From Octopus bimaculoides (taxonomy: Eukaryota): DNA of 64,000 bases. A program made the position numbers and the translations under genes. Location of the stretch: the NCBI RefSeq assembly GCF_001194135.2, contig NC_068981.1, positions 50,728,520 through 50,792,519 of the forward strand, written 5' to 3'. This document shows, piece by piece, positions 41,100-53,433 of the stretch (position 1 is its first letter; every line of letters starts with the position of its first letter). The notes under the pieces are model-generated. The model did not search any database, had not been told where the DNA came from, and saw only the letters and a list, made by a program, of their open reading frames with translations.

Positions 41100-42400
41100 T
41101 TGCTGACCCTGTGACTTTTCTTTTTCAACCACACTCTCCCTGTTATACTGCCAGGATTAAATTGCTAGATCCCAGCATGCATCCCGCAACCATAGCTGTC
41201 GAAAGCTTCTCTAACGATCCTTGCAGTAAGAAGCATACAGACGTCCTCTACAATCAGGAAATTCATTTTCATCCCATCGTACAAGCTTATTCCAACTTTT
41301 CTTAAAGCTCCTATCATAAATGGAATAGTGATCACCTTAAGGCAATGGTATATTAGTCGAAGATTGTATGACATTTTTGTCTTTTAATGTTCCTTCTCTG
41401 CCCATTCTTGTAACAAATTGGAAGAAGTTACAAAGTAACAAACACTTTTATCTTTATTGATACGACATGGTAAAAGTTCTTTCGTTTATTCGTTGGAAAT
41501 TCTATATCTGAAAAAAACTTCATTCACCCATTTTCGTGAATGTGATCTGTTTTAGAGTCACATTTTAGTCTATAGTTTTCACAGATTGATCATTACTGCA
41601 AAATGTTCACGTTTTTATTTTTTCTATATAGTTTTGAACAATCATTTTATATTCAGAGTCTGGTGTGCCACACACAACATACACCCGAATTATTCTTATT
41701 ATCTATATGCTTTTCAAAGTATATATTGTAAATGATTTGATCCTGTACAGCTGGAATTATATATTTCATTATTTTGAGTTACATGTCTTTTACCGTTGAA
41801 ATGATTTCGGACATTCAAACCTTTCAGGATTTCAAAACCTTTTCCTGTAATTCTTTCTGTTCGTATCGTTGCTTTCTATTTCTCCAGACTTAATTTTTGT
41901 GTTCCTTCAGCAAATATATCATCTTACTGTTACCAACACTCCTAATCATTGTCAGCCACGGACATCCTTAACAGCTCTATTTGCATTTCCATACGGTATT
42001 CTACATTTAGGTTAACTTCTGAAACACAATCTGTCTGCTGCTATAAGGTCGATTAGATTATCAGCAGTTTCAAGCTTTTCTGCACATTGTAATTTATACA
42101 TGACATGCCTAGCTGCATTGATGTAGTTCACCCAGTCAGCTTAGAATTTTCTAACCCCGACACCTTCCCATGAGGTAGTTAGAGATATTAATTTACCATA
42201 GGCTCTGGCGTGAATACCATGTTGATCTATTGTTTTATCTATTTGTTATCTAAATATTCTACCCAGTCCTCCTGATAGTTGTGGATATCTTTCTTGCTCT
42301 ATATATCAATCCAAAATATTCTGCAATTCACTGTGTCTGTTCTTTTATCGTAATGTCATTTTGCTCCTAACTTTTCAAACAATCAGCTGCAGTTATTTTG
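41100..42400 (-). mobile_element. Decayed R4/Dong LINE C-terminal region
   Basis: ORF 41165-41374 has VITIPFMIGAL...LLTARIVREAFD, resembling the RLE tail VIPIVIGALG...LLGTARILRKVL. Confidence 0.5.
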
Positions 42401-42611
42401 AAATAACTTGTTTTGCTGAAAGTGACTTATTCTATTCGCATATCATTTTGTCGTGCTCCTCTGCTGTTATTCTTTGCTCCAGTACTATTATAACATTTGT
42501 TCCTGTTTTTTTTTTTCCTTTAATATATTCTCTTTTCTTTTTTGTGATTTAATGACTCATTCACTTTCTACTTGGTGTTTATTCGGCTTCACATAGAAAT
42601 TTCTTCTTCTT

Positions 42612-42740
42612 TTTCGTCCTTTTCTTCTTCTTCTTCTTCTTCTTCTTCTTCTTCTTCTTCTTCTTCTTCTTCTTCTTCTTCTTCTTCTTCTTCTTCGTCT
42701 TCTTCTTCTTCTTCTTCTTCTTCTTCTTCTTCTTCTACTT
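42612..42740. repeat. (TTC)n microsatellite
   Basis: Directly visible. Confidence 0.95.
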
Positions 42741-42944
42741 AGTGAGAGTTTTTTCTCGTTCTTTACGTTCTAAATTCAAATCGCGCCGGTGCCGACATGG
42801 TCTTACATCTTTTCCTGTATCGAAAAATGTAGTACCAGCTGGGAAGAAGTATCAGAGTAATCGGCTTACATGTCCTCTAAAAAAACTATTGGATTTCTTC
42901 AAAAATTTGAAGTCATTACTATCGGATATCTACCTGCGGTTGCA

Positions 42945-43150
42945 AATCGGCAGAATCGTTTTCCCGCTGTTGAAAATGCTTAGCAGTATTTCATCCGTCT
43001 CTACGTTCTGAGGTCAAAATTCGCAGAAGTCGACATTGCATTTCATTCTTTCAGGGTGAATGAAATATGTATTAGTGTCAAACATCGAAGTAACCGAGTA
43101 GGCCCTTCTCCCAAGATTTCTGGCATTGTGCCAATAATAGAATGAATTAT
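42945..43150 (+). mobile_element. OR2/CORE-like SINE
   Basis: ggcagaatcgtt...aaaatgcttagcagtatttcatccgtctctacgttctgag...gtcgacattgcatttcattctttcaggg. Confidence 0.8.
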
Positions 43151-43479
43151 CAGTTATCGCCTAAAAAAGACTTTAAAGTTTATTCTAATAATGGGATGCT
43201 TTGTTGATTTGTTGAAAAAAGATTCAAGTGACAATTGGATAAATATATATTTACCTTCTTCACCAAATTATTTATAATGCCGCCAAAATCTGAACGCATA
43301 GATGTGTGTGTGTATGTAAATATTCTTGAGTGTGTGCACGTGTGTGTGTGTGTGAGAGTGTGAACATTATTATGTTCAGAGAATCACTGATTAAATTATA
43401 GATTCTGGCAAACTCTATGGTCCATAGTTGAGGAATATAAATTTGGAAAAGCAAGTATCTTTAACATGATTGGAGACTT

Positions 43480-43745
43480 GAAAGATAAGGTGGCCAGATC
43501 GATCAGTTTCAGAAAAATACGCCAGTTCTAACGTAGCCTGTGGGAAACCAGTTTTCGCGTCTAATTCTTGTCATAGAGATCGGAACCAGAGTCTTTGAGA
43601 GCAAATCTGCTTACGATCTTACAAAACAGCTTTCAGTCTACGACAAGAATAGGATCAAAGCCCTGAAGTCAATAACAGAGATAGCGGAGAAGTGTTCGAA
43701 TTAGGTCTGAGCGAGGAGGAACAAAGACAACGGGCATACCGTTTC
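43480..43745 (+). mobile_element. Hero/NeSL-type RLE LINE C-terminal fragment
   Basis: IEIGTRVF...SAYDLTKQLS...RIKALKSITEIAEKCSN.V.ARRN resembles the Hero tail PVEVGARGF...ALK...E.AE..S.WIW..R. Confidence 0.6.
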
Positions 43746-44929
43746 AAGGCAATATTTTGGTGTGCCATGGGAAGTGCCAAAGGAAGTTCCAAGGTAGAAG
43801 TGTGCCAAGGGAAGTAACTCTTTGAAACGCATTGTGATAGCGTTAACTTTTCATCGCTACCATGACAGCCAACGTTATTTCTTCTTTAAGTATAAGTTTT
43901 AAAACCGAGACAACGGAGGAGAGTTAAAACTAAATATCTCCAAGCGGTTTAACTGCACAAATCTCTGATATCCAAGTGGCTAAAATGTGTCATCGTAAGA
44001 AGTTAAGGGCCCAAAACCTACCTCTGGTGTGTTTCTTATCTGAAGACTTTCAGATGTTCAGCTCTATTGAGAGTTTCTTACCACTTTGGGAGAGAATTTG
44101 TTATGGAAAAGTAAAATCCAAGTTTACCTGACTGGGTAATAGATTTGAACTTGTTAACAAAATAACTATTGATATTGCACAAAGGTATAAAGACTATAAG
44201 AACAATAGCGTCAATTTTGTTTAGATTAATTAATCTACAGCATAGATTTTTATTATAAGAGCATTAATATGAAAACCATGCACACATTCATCAAGTAACA
44301 AACAGATGATTGTGTTGAGTAACTAATTTTGTAATGGCTTTCTATTACATTTAAACATCAGGTATATATCATTAATAACATGTACCTTAATAACACCTGC
44401 TACCTCTATAAAGTCGATGGTCTTTGCATTGTTAAAATGTATCTTTGATTCAAATGTTCATGTTTCTAATTTAAATATAAATTCGTTCCTTTAAAGTATC
44501 TTACATCATGAGAATCGGTAAAACGTAAATGACAACGTTAGAATTATGAAAAATTAAAATAAACTTGGTTTTATTCCAGTATTTTGTTGTATTAAGTAAT
44601 ATTTTCATGAGATTGGTTTAATTGCCTTGGAAGTGCGTTACGTGTGTGTTTGAACTTGTGTGTGTTTGTTTGGACTTAAACTATAAGCATCAAGAAGCAA
44701 GTAAAACATATAGAAGCTTCCATAAGTATGTAAACAGTTACGTAATTCTGATAGACTCCGGTCTCTACCAACTATGCAGTTTTAAATCAATATATTTCAA
44801 ACTATTCTTTATAGATACATTGGCTTTCAAACGCAATGTTATACGATCTATATGTGCATAATATATATATAAATATATATGCTTGTGCGCGGGCGCTCGT
44901 ATGCGTACAGAAGCAATCGTGACTATATC

Positions 44930-45030
44930 TTAATAAGCTTGCTAGCCGCATAATCTGCGTTTAGTCCCACTACGTTGCAACTTGGATGAGTGTGTTCTAC
45001 TCTAGCCTCAAGCCGACCAAATATCATAGG
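44930..45030 (+). mobile_element. OK-like SINE head fragment
   Basis: aagcttgct...tttagtcccactacgttgcaacttggatgagtgtgttctactctagcctcaagccgaccaaa. Confidence 0.65.
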
Positions 45031-45034
45031 AATG

Positions 45035-45190
45035 AGAACACAAGTTCGAAATTTACCCACCTGATGAAGGCTGGAGGGTATGTCAGCCGAAACGTTGTGT
45101 TAACAAACAAGATGGGGACAAATAACGGCCAAATGTAAATAATATAAATAATATACATAATTCCCCATCTCTTATATATAGAACTGAAAA
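45035..45190 (+). mobile_element. Penelope-like terminal fragment
   Basis: Contains the hammerhead-like core ctgatgaag...ccgaaacgtt characteristic of PLE pLTRs. Confidence 0.55.
45051..45100 (+). ncRNA. Minimal type I hammerhead ribozyme motif
   Basis: CUGAUGA (45061-67), extra A, stem II GGCUG/CAGCC, GAAA (45089-92), palindromic AACGUU, short stem I CAC/GUG. Confidence 0.55.
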
Positions 45191-45444
45191 CTAGTCTAGA
45201 ATGGTGATCTCGCTAGCTGTGGGTCGTTATTTCCTCTGTCGTGTATAAACATGTGCTTCCTGCAGTTATAAGTGCTTTTAGAGCCCTTATTTCTAGCAAT
45301 GCAGTCTACGCTTCATCATCAGTCACAATTAGTGACAAATGAATTTTTCCTTCTTTGTTTTATATTGCGTATAGCCGATTTCGTTATTTTATATACATGT
45401 GAGTGCGTGTTTGTGTGAGTGTGTATGCTTGTCTTTGAGTGTGT

Positions 45445-45645
45445 TTGTCTGTCTCTGTTTGTCCCCCATCGCGGCTTGACAACTGATGCTGGTTTGATTC
45501 AAAACCTGCAACTTAGGTGTTCGGCCAAAGAGACCGAAAGAATTAGTACAAGGGTGAAACATATAAGTAGTGAAGTCGATTCATTCTACCGAAATTATGG
45601 AAGGCGGCGACGCAGCATGGCTGTATTCTAATGACTGTAACAACT
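45445..45645 (+). mobile_element. OK-like SINE 3' part
   Basis: tttgtcccc...gcttgacaactgatgctggt...ttcggccaaagagaccgaaagaattagtac...ggcggcgacgcagcatggctg. Confidence 0.75.
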
Positions 45646-45753
45646 GTAAATGTAAAGCTGTAAAGAGTAATATAAAAGTGTGTTTTTGTTAGTGTGTCTG
45701 TATGTGTGTCTGTGCGAGTGTGTGTTTGCGTGTATTCGACTGCGCATGTTTGT

Positions 45754-45754
<1 letters not shown>

Positions 45755-45808
<54 letters not shown>
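45755..45808. repeat. (AGAT)n microsatellite
   Basis: Directly visible. Confidence 0.95.
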
Positions 45809-46828
45809 AGAGAGATGTTATATAATTAGCCTGTAAACAAGAACATTAATATGTCAAGTCAATCGTACAAAAGCGTTCATTCATATTGAACGGTTGTGTG
45901 CGATTCACTTGACATTCAGTTGCATTCATCAATGAGTAAAAAACAATGAAAAAAGAATTTTTTGTAGCTGTCGGTTGCTTCCGATTGCTTTTGTGTTCAA
46001 TAACGTCGAGACATTTTCGTCATTTATTATGTACTGCTTTCGTTTTGAAGTTAATCAACGTGAGTCTTCACATAGGATGACATGTTGAGATGAGATGCTA
46101 TATTTTGTACACGACTGGAGTGAATTGGTAGGGTATGTAGATTAATTCTGTGAAGTACAAATGTTCAAAAATACTTATTGTAGATAAACCTGGAGCTTTT
46201 TCTCTAATTGTGCAATCGCAATACTTGTGTTTTTTTTTTGTTTTTTTTTTCTTTATCCTTGCAATAGCTTTTGCAGTAATCCTGTTCTATTGATCTCCGG
46301 TGTTTCACAAAGTATTTTCAGGAATTTCCATGCATTACTGACATGTGTTGTTAGAAGACAAGTTGGCACAGAATACAGTTTTTATCCCAGTTATTGTCCT
46401 TTCAGGGATAAGAATCTATAAAGTGGAAAATGCGTTACTTATTCTTTTTATGATGAAGGACACAGATTAGCTCCAACTGTGTTTCATATGATGCTATAGA
46501 CACAACTGAAACTGAAACAGACAATTCTTCTAAGCCGTTCATATTGAACAGCAGCTGTAATTGGTAGTCGCTCGTAAATTGCTTCCAAGTACAATGAAAT
46601 ACATTACACTGTTTTACCACGTTGACATTGTATAGCCGACAGAAAGATGAACGTCGATAGTATATAATGTTGTTAGACATTAATGGCCGACAATTATAAT
46701 GAATCTTGAAATATTATTCATATATTTACTATTTCTATTATTTACCATTAGGATTGCCTGGTTATATAGTTAAATAGTTATATACAAAAAATATCACAGG
46801 CATACACGCAAGGAAACACACACACTGT

Positions 46829-46899
<71 letters not shown>

Positions 46900-47189
46900 C
46901 ATGTTGAAAATGCACTGAGAATATTTTTTTAAATGTTATCATATTTGAAGATTTAACTGATTTACAAAAGTTGAGATAGAAAGACGAGGATTATGTCACA
47001 ACTGTCTTGATTCTGACTAGTGTTTGAAGCTTGTCCTACTTTTATAGCTAGTACATGGCTCAAATTAGTATGTTTTGGATAGGAGTTGATTGGTAGAGGA
47101 TAGTCACATGACAGATCTTAGAAATTTTTGTAGGTTCCCGCTACGTCTGTACGTTAATATCAAGTGACAATGTTTGGCATCGCAAGTTA

Positions 47190-47895
47190 AGGTTGACACG
47201 GGAGAATGAAAATGTCTAGTGAGAGTACCAAACAATCAATGCTCTAAATGTATTCCGTCAACTGTTATAGAAAATAATTGTGTGGTTAAGTTTAAAACAA
47301 CTTATGGATATCAAAACTTAATCAACAGTATATACAATATACACGGCATATACAGTACAACTCAACTACCATTCCTGGACAAACTAATCATCGAAACATA
47401 AAAAAAAACATTCGAACAGACATTCACTACAAAGAGATTCTAATCAATACCTACTGTTCTATTTATGCCATCCCAAACATACGAAGAATAATATTCCATT
47501 TAATCTAGCAAGAACAATCTGCACAATTGTATCAATCTCTGAAATTCGCAATAAATATATCCAGCAATTGCAACAAAACAATACTACTTAAAAGACAATA
47601 TCCACTAATGTTGATAGACAACTGAACGTACCAAAGAAAAGATATTCAACTACGAAAAACGCTCTAGATTCATCCAATAATCTACCCTTTATTGCAACAC
47701 ATAAACACAGAAGCTTACAAAATTATCCACCAGAACATTCCACAACTAGGACAGGACCAGGAATTAAATAAGCATTCGAAATACACAAAATAATCAAAAG
47801 CAAAAGACTATCAAAAGTCCCTCAAAAAATCCCTCACCAGCGTTAAATTACTTTCCACAATATCAACACCAATAATCAAAAAGTGAGGCCGCCCC
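47190..47895 (+). mobile_element. Penelope-like element, RT thumb/linker remnant (copy 1)
   Basis: YSTTQLPFLD.LII, IRTDIH.K...S..YL, CHPKHTKNNIPFNLARR.CTIV. Confidence 0.8.
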
Positions 47896-47896
47896 A

Positions 47897-47978
<82 letters not shown>

Positions 47979-48164
47979 TGTGTGCATGTATAAGTAGCTA
48001 GAAATGCACTGGGATTTGCTTACATTTTTTATTTTTATACTTTTAAAGACTTGACCAGTTTCACAGATGTCTCTGATTTTCAAAAGTTGAGGTAGGATGA
48101 CGCAGAGCTATGCTGCAATTATCTTGCTTATGATTGGAATTCAAAAATTGCCGTTTTTATCTTC

Positions 48165-48468
48165 TGGCACCCCATTTGTCTCTATGGCATGTGTTCCAGT
48201 GATCTGATAAAGGGAACAGTCTGCTCGTTAAATTAACCCCACAGACACGTGTACCCTTTACTTAGTTCTTAGGGAGATACAGCTTGACACAGAGTGTGAT
48301 TAAACTGGCCCTTTGAAATACATGTGTACTCATTTTTGACAGCTGAGTGGACTGGAGGAACAACAAATAAAGTGTCTTGCTCAAGAACACAAAGTGTCGA
48401 CAGGAATCGAATTCACGTCCTTGTGATCGTGAACCAAATACTATGAATACTAATCCACGCGCTCTTTC
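48165..48468 (-). mobile_element. tRNA-derived SINE (V-domain-like)
   Basis: cagctgagtggactggag...aaagtgtcttgctcaagaacac...ggaatcgaattcacgtccttgtgatcgtg. Confidence 0.8.
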
Positions 48469-48494
48469 TATAGAGAGAATTTAGATAAATATTT

Positions 48495-49385
48495 ACTATT
48501 CCTGGACATTCTATTTATCAAAACAGGCAAAAACATTGAAACAGACATTTATTACCAACCAACACATTCTCATCTCTACTGTCATCCTCATCGCATCTCA
48601 AACACACAAAGAGTAATATTCCTTCTAATATTTCAAGTAGAATCTTCACAACTGTTTCAAACGGAATAAAAGATTCCAGGAATTAAAACAAATACTAATC
48701 GAGGGAAAATATCCGTCTATATCCACAGTCAATGGAATAGATCGTGTCAAAGCAACAGATATTCAAGACGCATGTAAAACAAAGAGAAAAAAACACTTCA
48801 AATAAACCCAATACTCTACCCTTTATTACAACACACAACCGAACAAATCGCAGACGTTTACATTATCCACCAAAACATTCTACGACTGAGACAAGACCCA
48901 TGAATGAAATAAGCACTCGAAATACACAAAATAATTAAAAGCCCAAGACAATCAAAATCCTTCAGGAAAATACTGACCAGTGCTAAATTACTCTCCACAA
49001 ACATCACACCATAAGTCAAAAAGTGTGGCCACCCTAAGGGACTTGCATCAACCTCATTAAAGATAATAACTATAAATTTAAACCAGGATATATTTTTACC
49101 ATAAGCCATCTTATTTGTGTGTCAAAAAATTTAATATATGCTATTAAATGTAACAAATTTAAAGTGGATTACATAGGCCAAGCGAAACTCTCGCTTAGAA
49201 ACAGACAACAAGTACAGGACCCCAGCACTACACATATACGATTACGTAGAAACTTCGTCATATGTGCCGGAAGAAGACTCCCAAATTCCAATTTTTATCA
49301 CTTTTGTTCAGTCAATACCAGAGACCAAGGACGTATAAACAAAAAAAATATATTCATACAAAAATAGAAATCAAGACTGAATAAA
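48495..49385 (+). mobile_element. Penelope-like element, RT thumb to GIY-YIG remnant (copy 2)
   Basis: LFLDIL...IETDIYY.PT, repeats the linker of copy 1 (48950-49030 vs 47805-47890), then SKNLIYAIKCNKFKVDYIGQ (GIY-YIG). Confidence 0.8.
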
Positions 49386-49499
49386 CTTCGTTTACTATTT
49401 TGCATTATCATTTCGTCTATGAATAGTTAATCTTTCGTACCTCTGCATCTCTTTCTACGGCCTTTTTGTTCGGGCGGTATTATATCGTTCTCATCAAGA

Positions 49500-51215
49500 A
49501 ATTTATAGTTCTTTAGCAATTCCTCCTGACAGTAACTTCCACATTATTGGGAGGCAGAACATTGATCTGTAACTGTCGGCAGCATTTCCCTTTGATGCAT
49601 CCATCAGGCACAACACCGTTCGTCCTTTTGTCAACCAACCCGGGATTTCTTCTCCATTGAGCATTACATTAAATTGCTCTGCGAGCAATTTATGGTAACT
49701 ACTGAACATTTTTATCCAAAATCCCTGCACACCATCAGGTCCTACTACTTTCCAATTGCTTATTTTTTATCTCATATTTGTGATAGTGTCTTCTGTGAAG
49801 TGAATTGCCTCTTGATGGAGATAAGAAGCTGTTTGTTTCAAGCTGCAGAACCATTCAGCTGTAGTATTATGTTGTTCTTGTTTACTCAATATCTTACCCC
49901 AGAAAAGCCGACTTTCATCAGCATCAGGGACTAATCATGCACGTATTTATCGTCATTACTTTTTGGTAAAATCTTTTTGAGTTGGTTTTAGACAATTTGC
50001 TTTGATGGTATTGCTTACTCCGTTGTTCAAACCTAGTTAGCTTTTCTTTGTTTGCATGCATGTGCTGCTTCAGTTCTTCAATTATAGCATTCAGGCCGTT
50101 TGTATCTACACCATACTTCTACCTATCTTTTTCGAATTTCCATTCATTCTTAAGTTCTCGATTTCTTTTCCTGATAAGTATTGACACTACAATCTTCAAG
50201 GAGTTTATATCTTCTATATTCTTTTTTGCCGCCTTGGTTGTTTATTTCCTATTCCATCCGTCGCTGTTCTATTCTCAGTAATTCTCAATCCCATCCTTCC
50301 CACCACAGTCCTACTAGCAGCCTTGATAAGATTATTTGTTTGTGTGATATTCTTTGTTTCAATGTGTATCAGTACATTATTCATTTAACTCGTCTCTTGA
50401 TTTAGTCTTCATTGGTTAGCCTTCTTAAAGTCGCACATCATTTCTATCCCTTCTGTATTTTATAGATCCAAAATTCCGTCTATTATTACCTGATCTTCAT
50501 TGTTTGAGTAGTCACTGATCTCAATTCTTTCACAATTCACGGTATTATATTGTTGCGAACAATTGTCCATCTCTTCCACTATCCCACTTCCGTTTCTCGC
50601 ATGCCAAGCCTCCCCCGATTTCCTTCTTTTAGTAGCTTCTATTTCCAAATCTGTTACCCATTCGTTCTTTCATATTGATCTGGCTTCGTCACATAATCTC
50701 TGTTCAGTAATTTTGCCTTCCATTCACTGTGCATTCATTTACTGTACCCTCTGACAGGCACATCATGCGCATCCACTGGGATGATCCGGTAGTAACACTC
50801 TATTTCCATCATGTTTACTTATTTAGTCCTCTTATGTCTACCAAAGTGCAGCACCTTCACCATTGGTTCCAGTCCTGTTCACAACGTTATCGTCATCAAT
50901 ATTGTTTGGCATTTTCACTCATAAATGAGGTGTGTTTTAGGTTACTGCCAACCGGTATTTTAATCGAGACCCCATCTCTATCAAGGTAGTCTGCCAAGGC
51001 GGCTGGGACTTTGCTCCCCTAGTTTTGAACTCAAAGTGTTCCTTCTCTTAGGCTGCTTGCTATCCTAGGTTATTTGAAGGCACCAGATACTCGCCTTTTT
51101 CCACTCTTCTCCTGTTGGATTGGCGAAGGAGTTGGGCATGCGCAGGTCACTGGGGCATTTTATAAATAAAGGGTGCTCAACTCCCCTCACCACTCCGGCA
51201 TTGACAGAAGGGAAC
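49500..51215 (-). mobile_element. R4/Dong-clade LINE, 5' portion (3'-truncated in RT)
   Basis: ECYYR..PVD...VPVRGY..M..EW...TEQRLCDEARSI.KNEW and QGFWIK.F...LA.QFN..LNGEEIP.WLTKGRTVLC..D.SKGNAADSYR...CLPIMWKLL. Confidence 0.9.
51111..51212 (-). ncRNA. 3' half of an HDV-like ribozyme in the LINE 5' UTR
   Basis: Minus strand: L3-like CCCUUCU, GUCAA (P3), GCCGGAGU (P1 3'), GG (P1.1), long P4 hairpin, CCAA (J4/2), UCCAACAGG (P2 3'). The 5' partner strands are missing. Confidence 0.5.
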
Positions 51216-51746
51216 AAATAAATTAAAAAACATAAATTTAAAAGATAAATAAATATTTTTTTTAATATTTTTAAAAATAAATAAATAAAATATTGAAAAA
51301 TAAAATGAAATACATAAAATGAAAATAAAATAAAAAAAACAAAGCTAGTAGAAGATATATATAGAGAGAGAGGGGGACAGAAAAAAATAGATAAAAGGTA
51401 AAGAAAGGGAAGATATACTAGGTAGGGGAGGAAGCGATTTAACACAAGTTCAGTATAATACATTCAATTGACAGGGAGAGTAGGAGGACTGCTCAGGGAT
51501 GGTTGTAAACACGGAAGTGAGGTAGTAGATATTGAACACCAGGGAAGATAGAAGAGTGAGTGGAAAGAGTGCATCACCGCCCACCTTGAAATTTAAGATT
51601 TAACCGAAAAAGGGAGAAGAAGCATTAATCTGAATCTAACGAAAAACTAACTCACTGCTTGAATTGGTCTGTCTAAGTGTGATTTCGGCTGAAGAATTTT
51701 ACGATGTCAAGAAATGATCTGCAAAAGTTGTGAAGAAAGTGATAGA

Positions 51747-51747
<1 letters not shown>

Positions 51748-51822
<75 letters not shown>

Positions 51823-51960
51823 NNNNNNNNNNNNNNNNNNNNNNNNNNNNNNNNNNNNNNNNNNNNNNNNNNNNNNNNNNNNNNNNNNNNNNNNNNNNNN
51901 NNNNNNNNNNNNNNNNNNNNNNNNNNNNNNNNNNNNNNNNNNNNNNNNNNNNNNNNNNNN

Positions 51961-51998
<38 letters not shown>

Positions 51999-52000
51999 GA
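51748..52000. repeat. (AG)n microsatellite spanning a gap
   Basis: Directly visible. Confidence 0.95.
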
Positions 52001-52560
52001 GAGAGAAAGTGGGGGTTAAATATATGTGCTTTCAACAATAGGTTCAGCATTGTAGCAGTGACGGTTTCAAATAGCTTTCACATGACTATGAATGAATAAA
52101 AGTGTAAGTGCTAGGATTTTATGCTTCAGGCAAGGAAGGAGATGCGTTTTAAGTTAATATGAATATAACGAGAAAATTAGCTCACTCTCTGAATTGGTCT
52201 GTTAAAGTAAAATGTAATCAATTTTCATTGTTTAATGGATGCTAATATATTACTATAAAACAAGTTCTACTTCCATATGAACAAGTATGTTAGAATATAG
52301 TATCACTTCAGGCTATAGATGGCCAGCGAAATGTGTATGATAACTATATAGTCTGTACCAGTAGGAACACTTACTGCAAAGTGTTCCTTTTTATTCGATC
52401 TAATAAATCATATTATGAGAATCATGAACTTTCAAATTAGAATTCAAAAGGTGAAAATAATGCCAATAAAACATTAAATTCGGAACGGTTTCGCGATTGA
52501 GGAAACATCTAAGAATACTGCAGACCACGACATATCATGTACAATAGGCAACTACCTTTA

Positions 52561-53433
52561 TGGGATCTTTTCCCTTTGAACGGCACATCGAGAAATTAAT
52601 TTTTTGTAACTAAACACTTCCAAACTTCGGACACTGGTAGAATGTGTCATATAAAACATATTTTACTCTTAGTGCTGTTGAGAAAAGTTTATATGTTTAA
52701 AGTTATTTCGTGTTAAAGTTGTATTTCGGTAATTTCAAGAAATCAATGACGTGTATTCAGCTAAATGAAATGACTGCCGTTGTTTGTCAACATATATCGG
52801 CGGTATATATCTCGTTCGTCACTGTTATTTATGACATCCGGGTTTTAGAGTTAGGGTTAGGGTTAGGGTTTTGGGCTCAGGGTTAGGGTTTGGGGCTCAG
52901 GGTTAGGGTTTTAGGGTTAGGGATAAGGTTTTAGAGTTAGGGTTAGGGTTTTAGGGTTACAGTTACGGAAAAATGTGAAAAATGTAGAAATTGGAGGGGG
53001 GGGGGGCAAAAATGTCTTTCCGAAAATAGTAGCGGAAAAACAGGAAAAAAATAAAAGCAGTAGAAATGCACAAATGATTGTGGTGGTGCCATGAAGTAAA
53101 CATGCTTCAGCTACACTCGTTTATTCATACAAACGTAACTGAGATGAAATATGTCATAAATAACAGTGACAAACGAAATATACACAGCTGGAAGTTGTTG
53201 TTGACAGACAACAGCAGTAATTGTTTTTATTTCAATAGACGTCATTGATTGGTTGAAATTACCGAAATACGACAACTTTAACACGAAATAACTTCGAAAA
53301 TACACAATTTTCTCAAAAACGCCAAGAGTAAATGATGTTTTATGTGACACATTCTACCAGTATACGAATTTTGAAATTGTTTAGTTACAAGAAATTATTT
53401 TCTAAATGTGCCGGCCAAAGGGAAAAGATCCCC
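52561..53433. mobile_element. Non-autonomous fold-back/MITE-like DNA element with ~280 bp TIRs and a telomere-like core
   Basis: Left arm 52561-52837 and right arm 53151-53433 are reverse complements, starting gggatcttttccctttg. No ORF; core carries TTAGGG variants. Confidence 0.85.
52841..52960 (+). repeat. Interstitial telomere-like array (TTAGGG with TTTTAGGG, CTCAGGG, TTAGAG variants)
   Basis: Directly visible. Confidence 0.9.
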
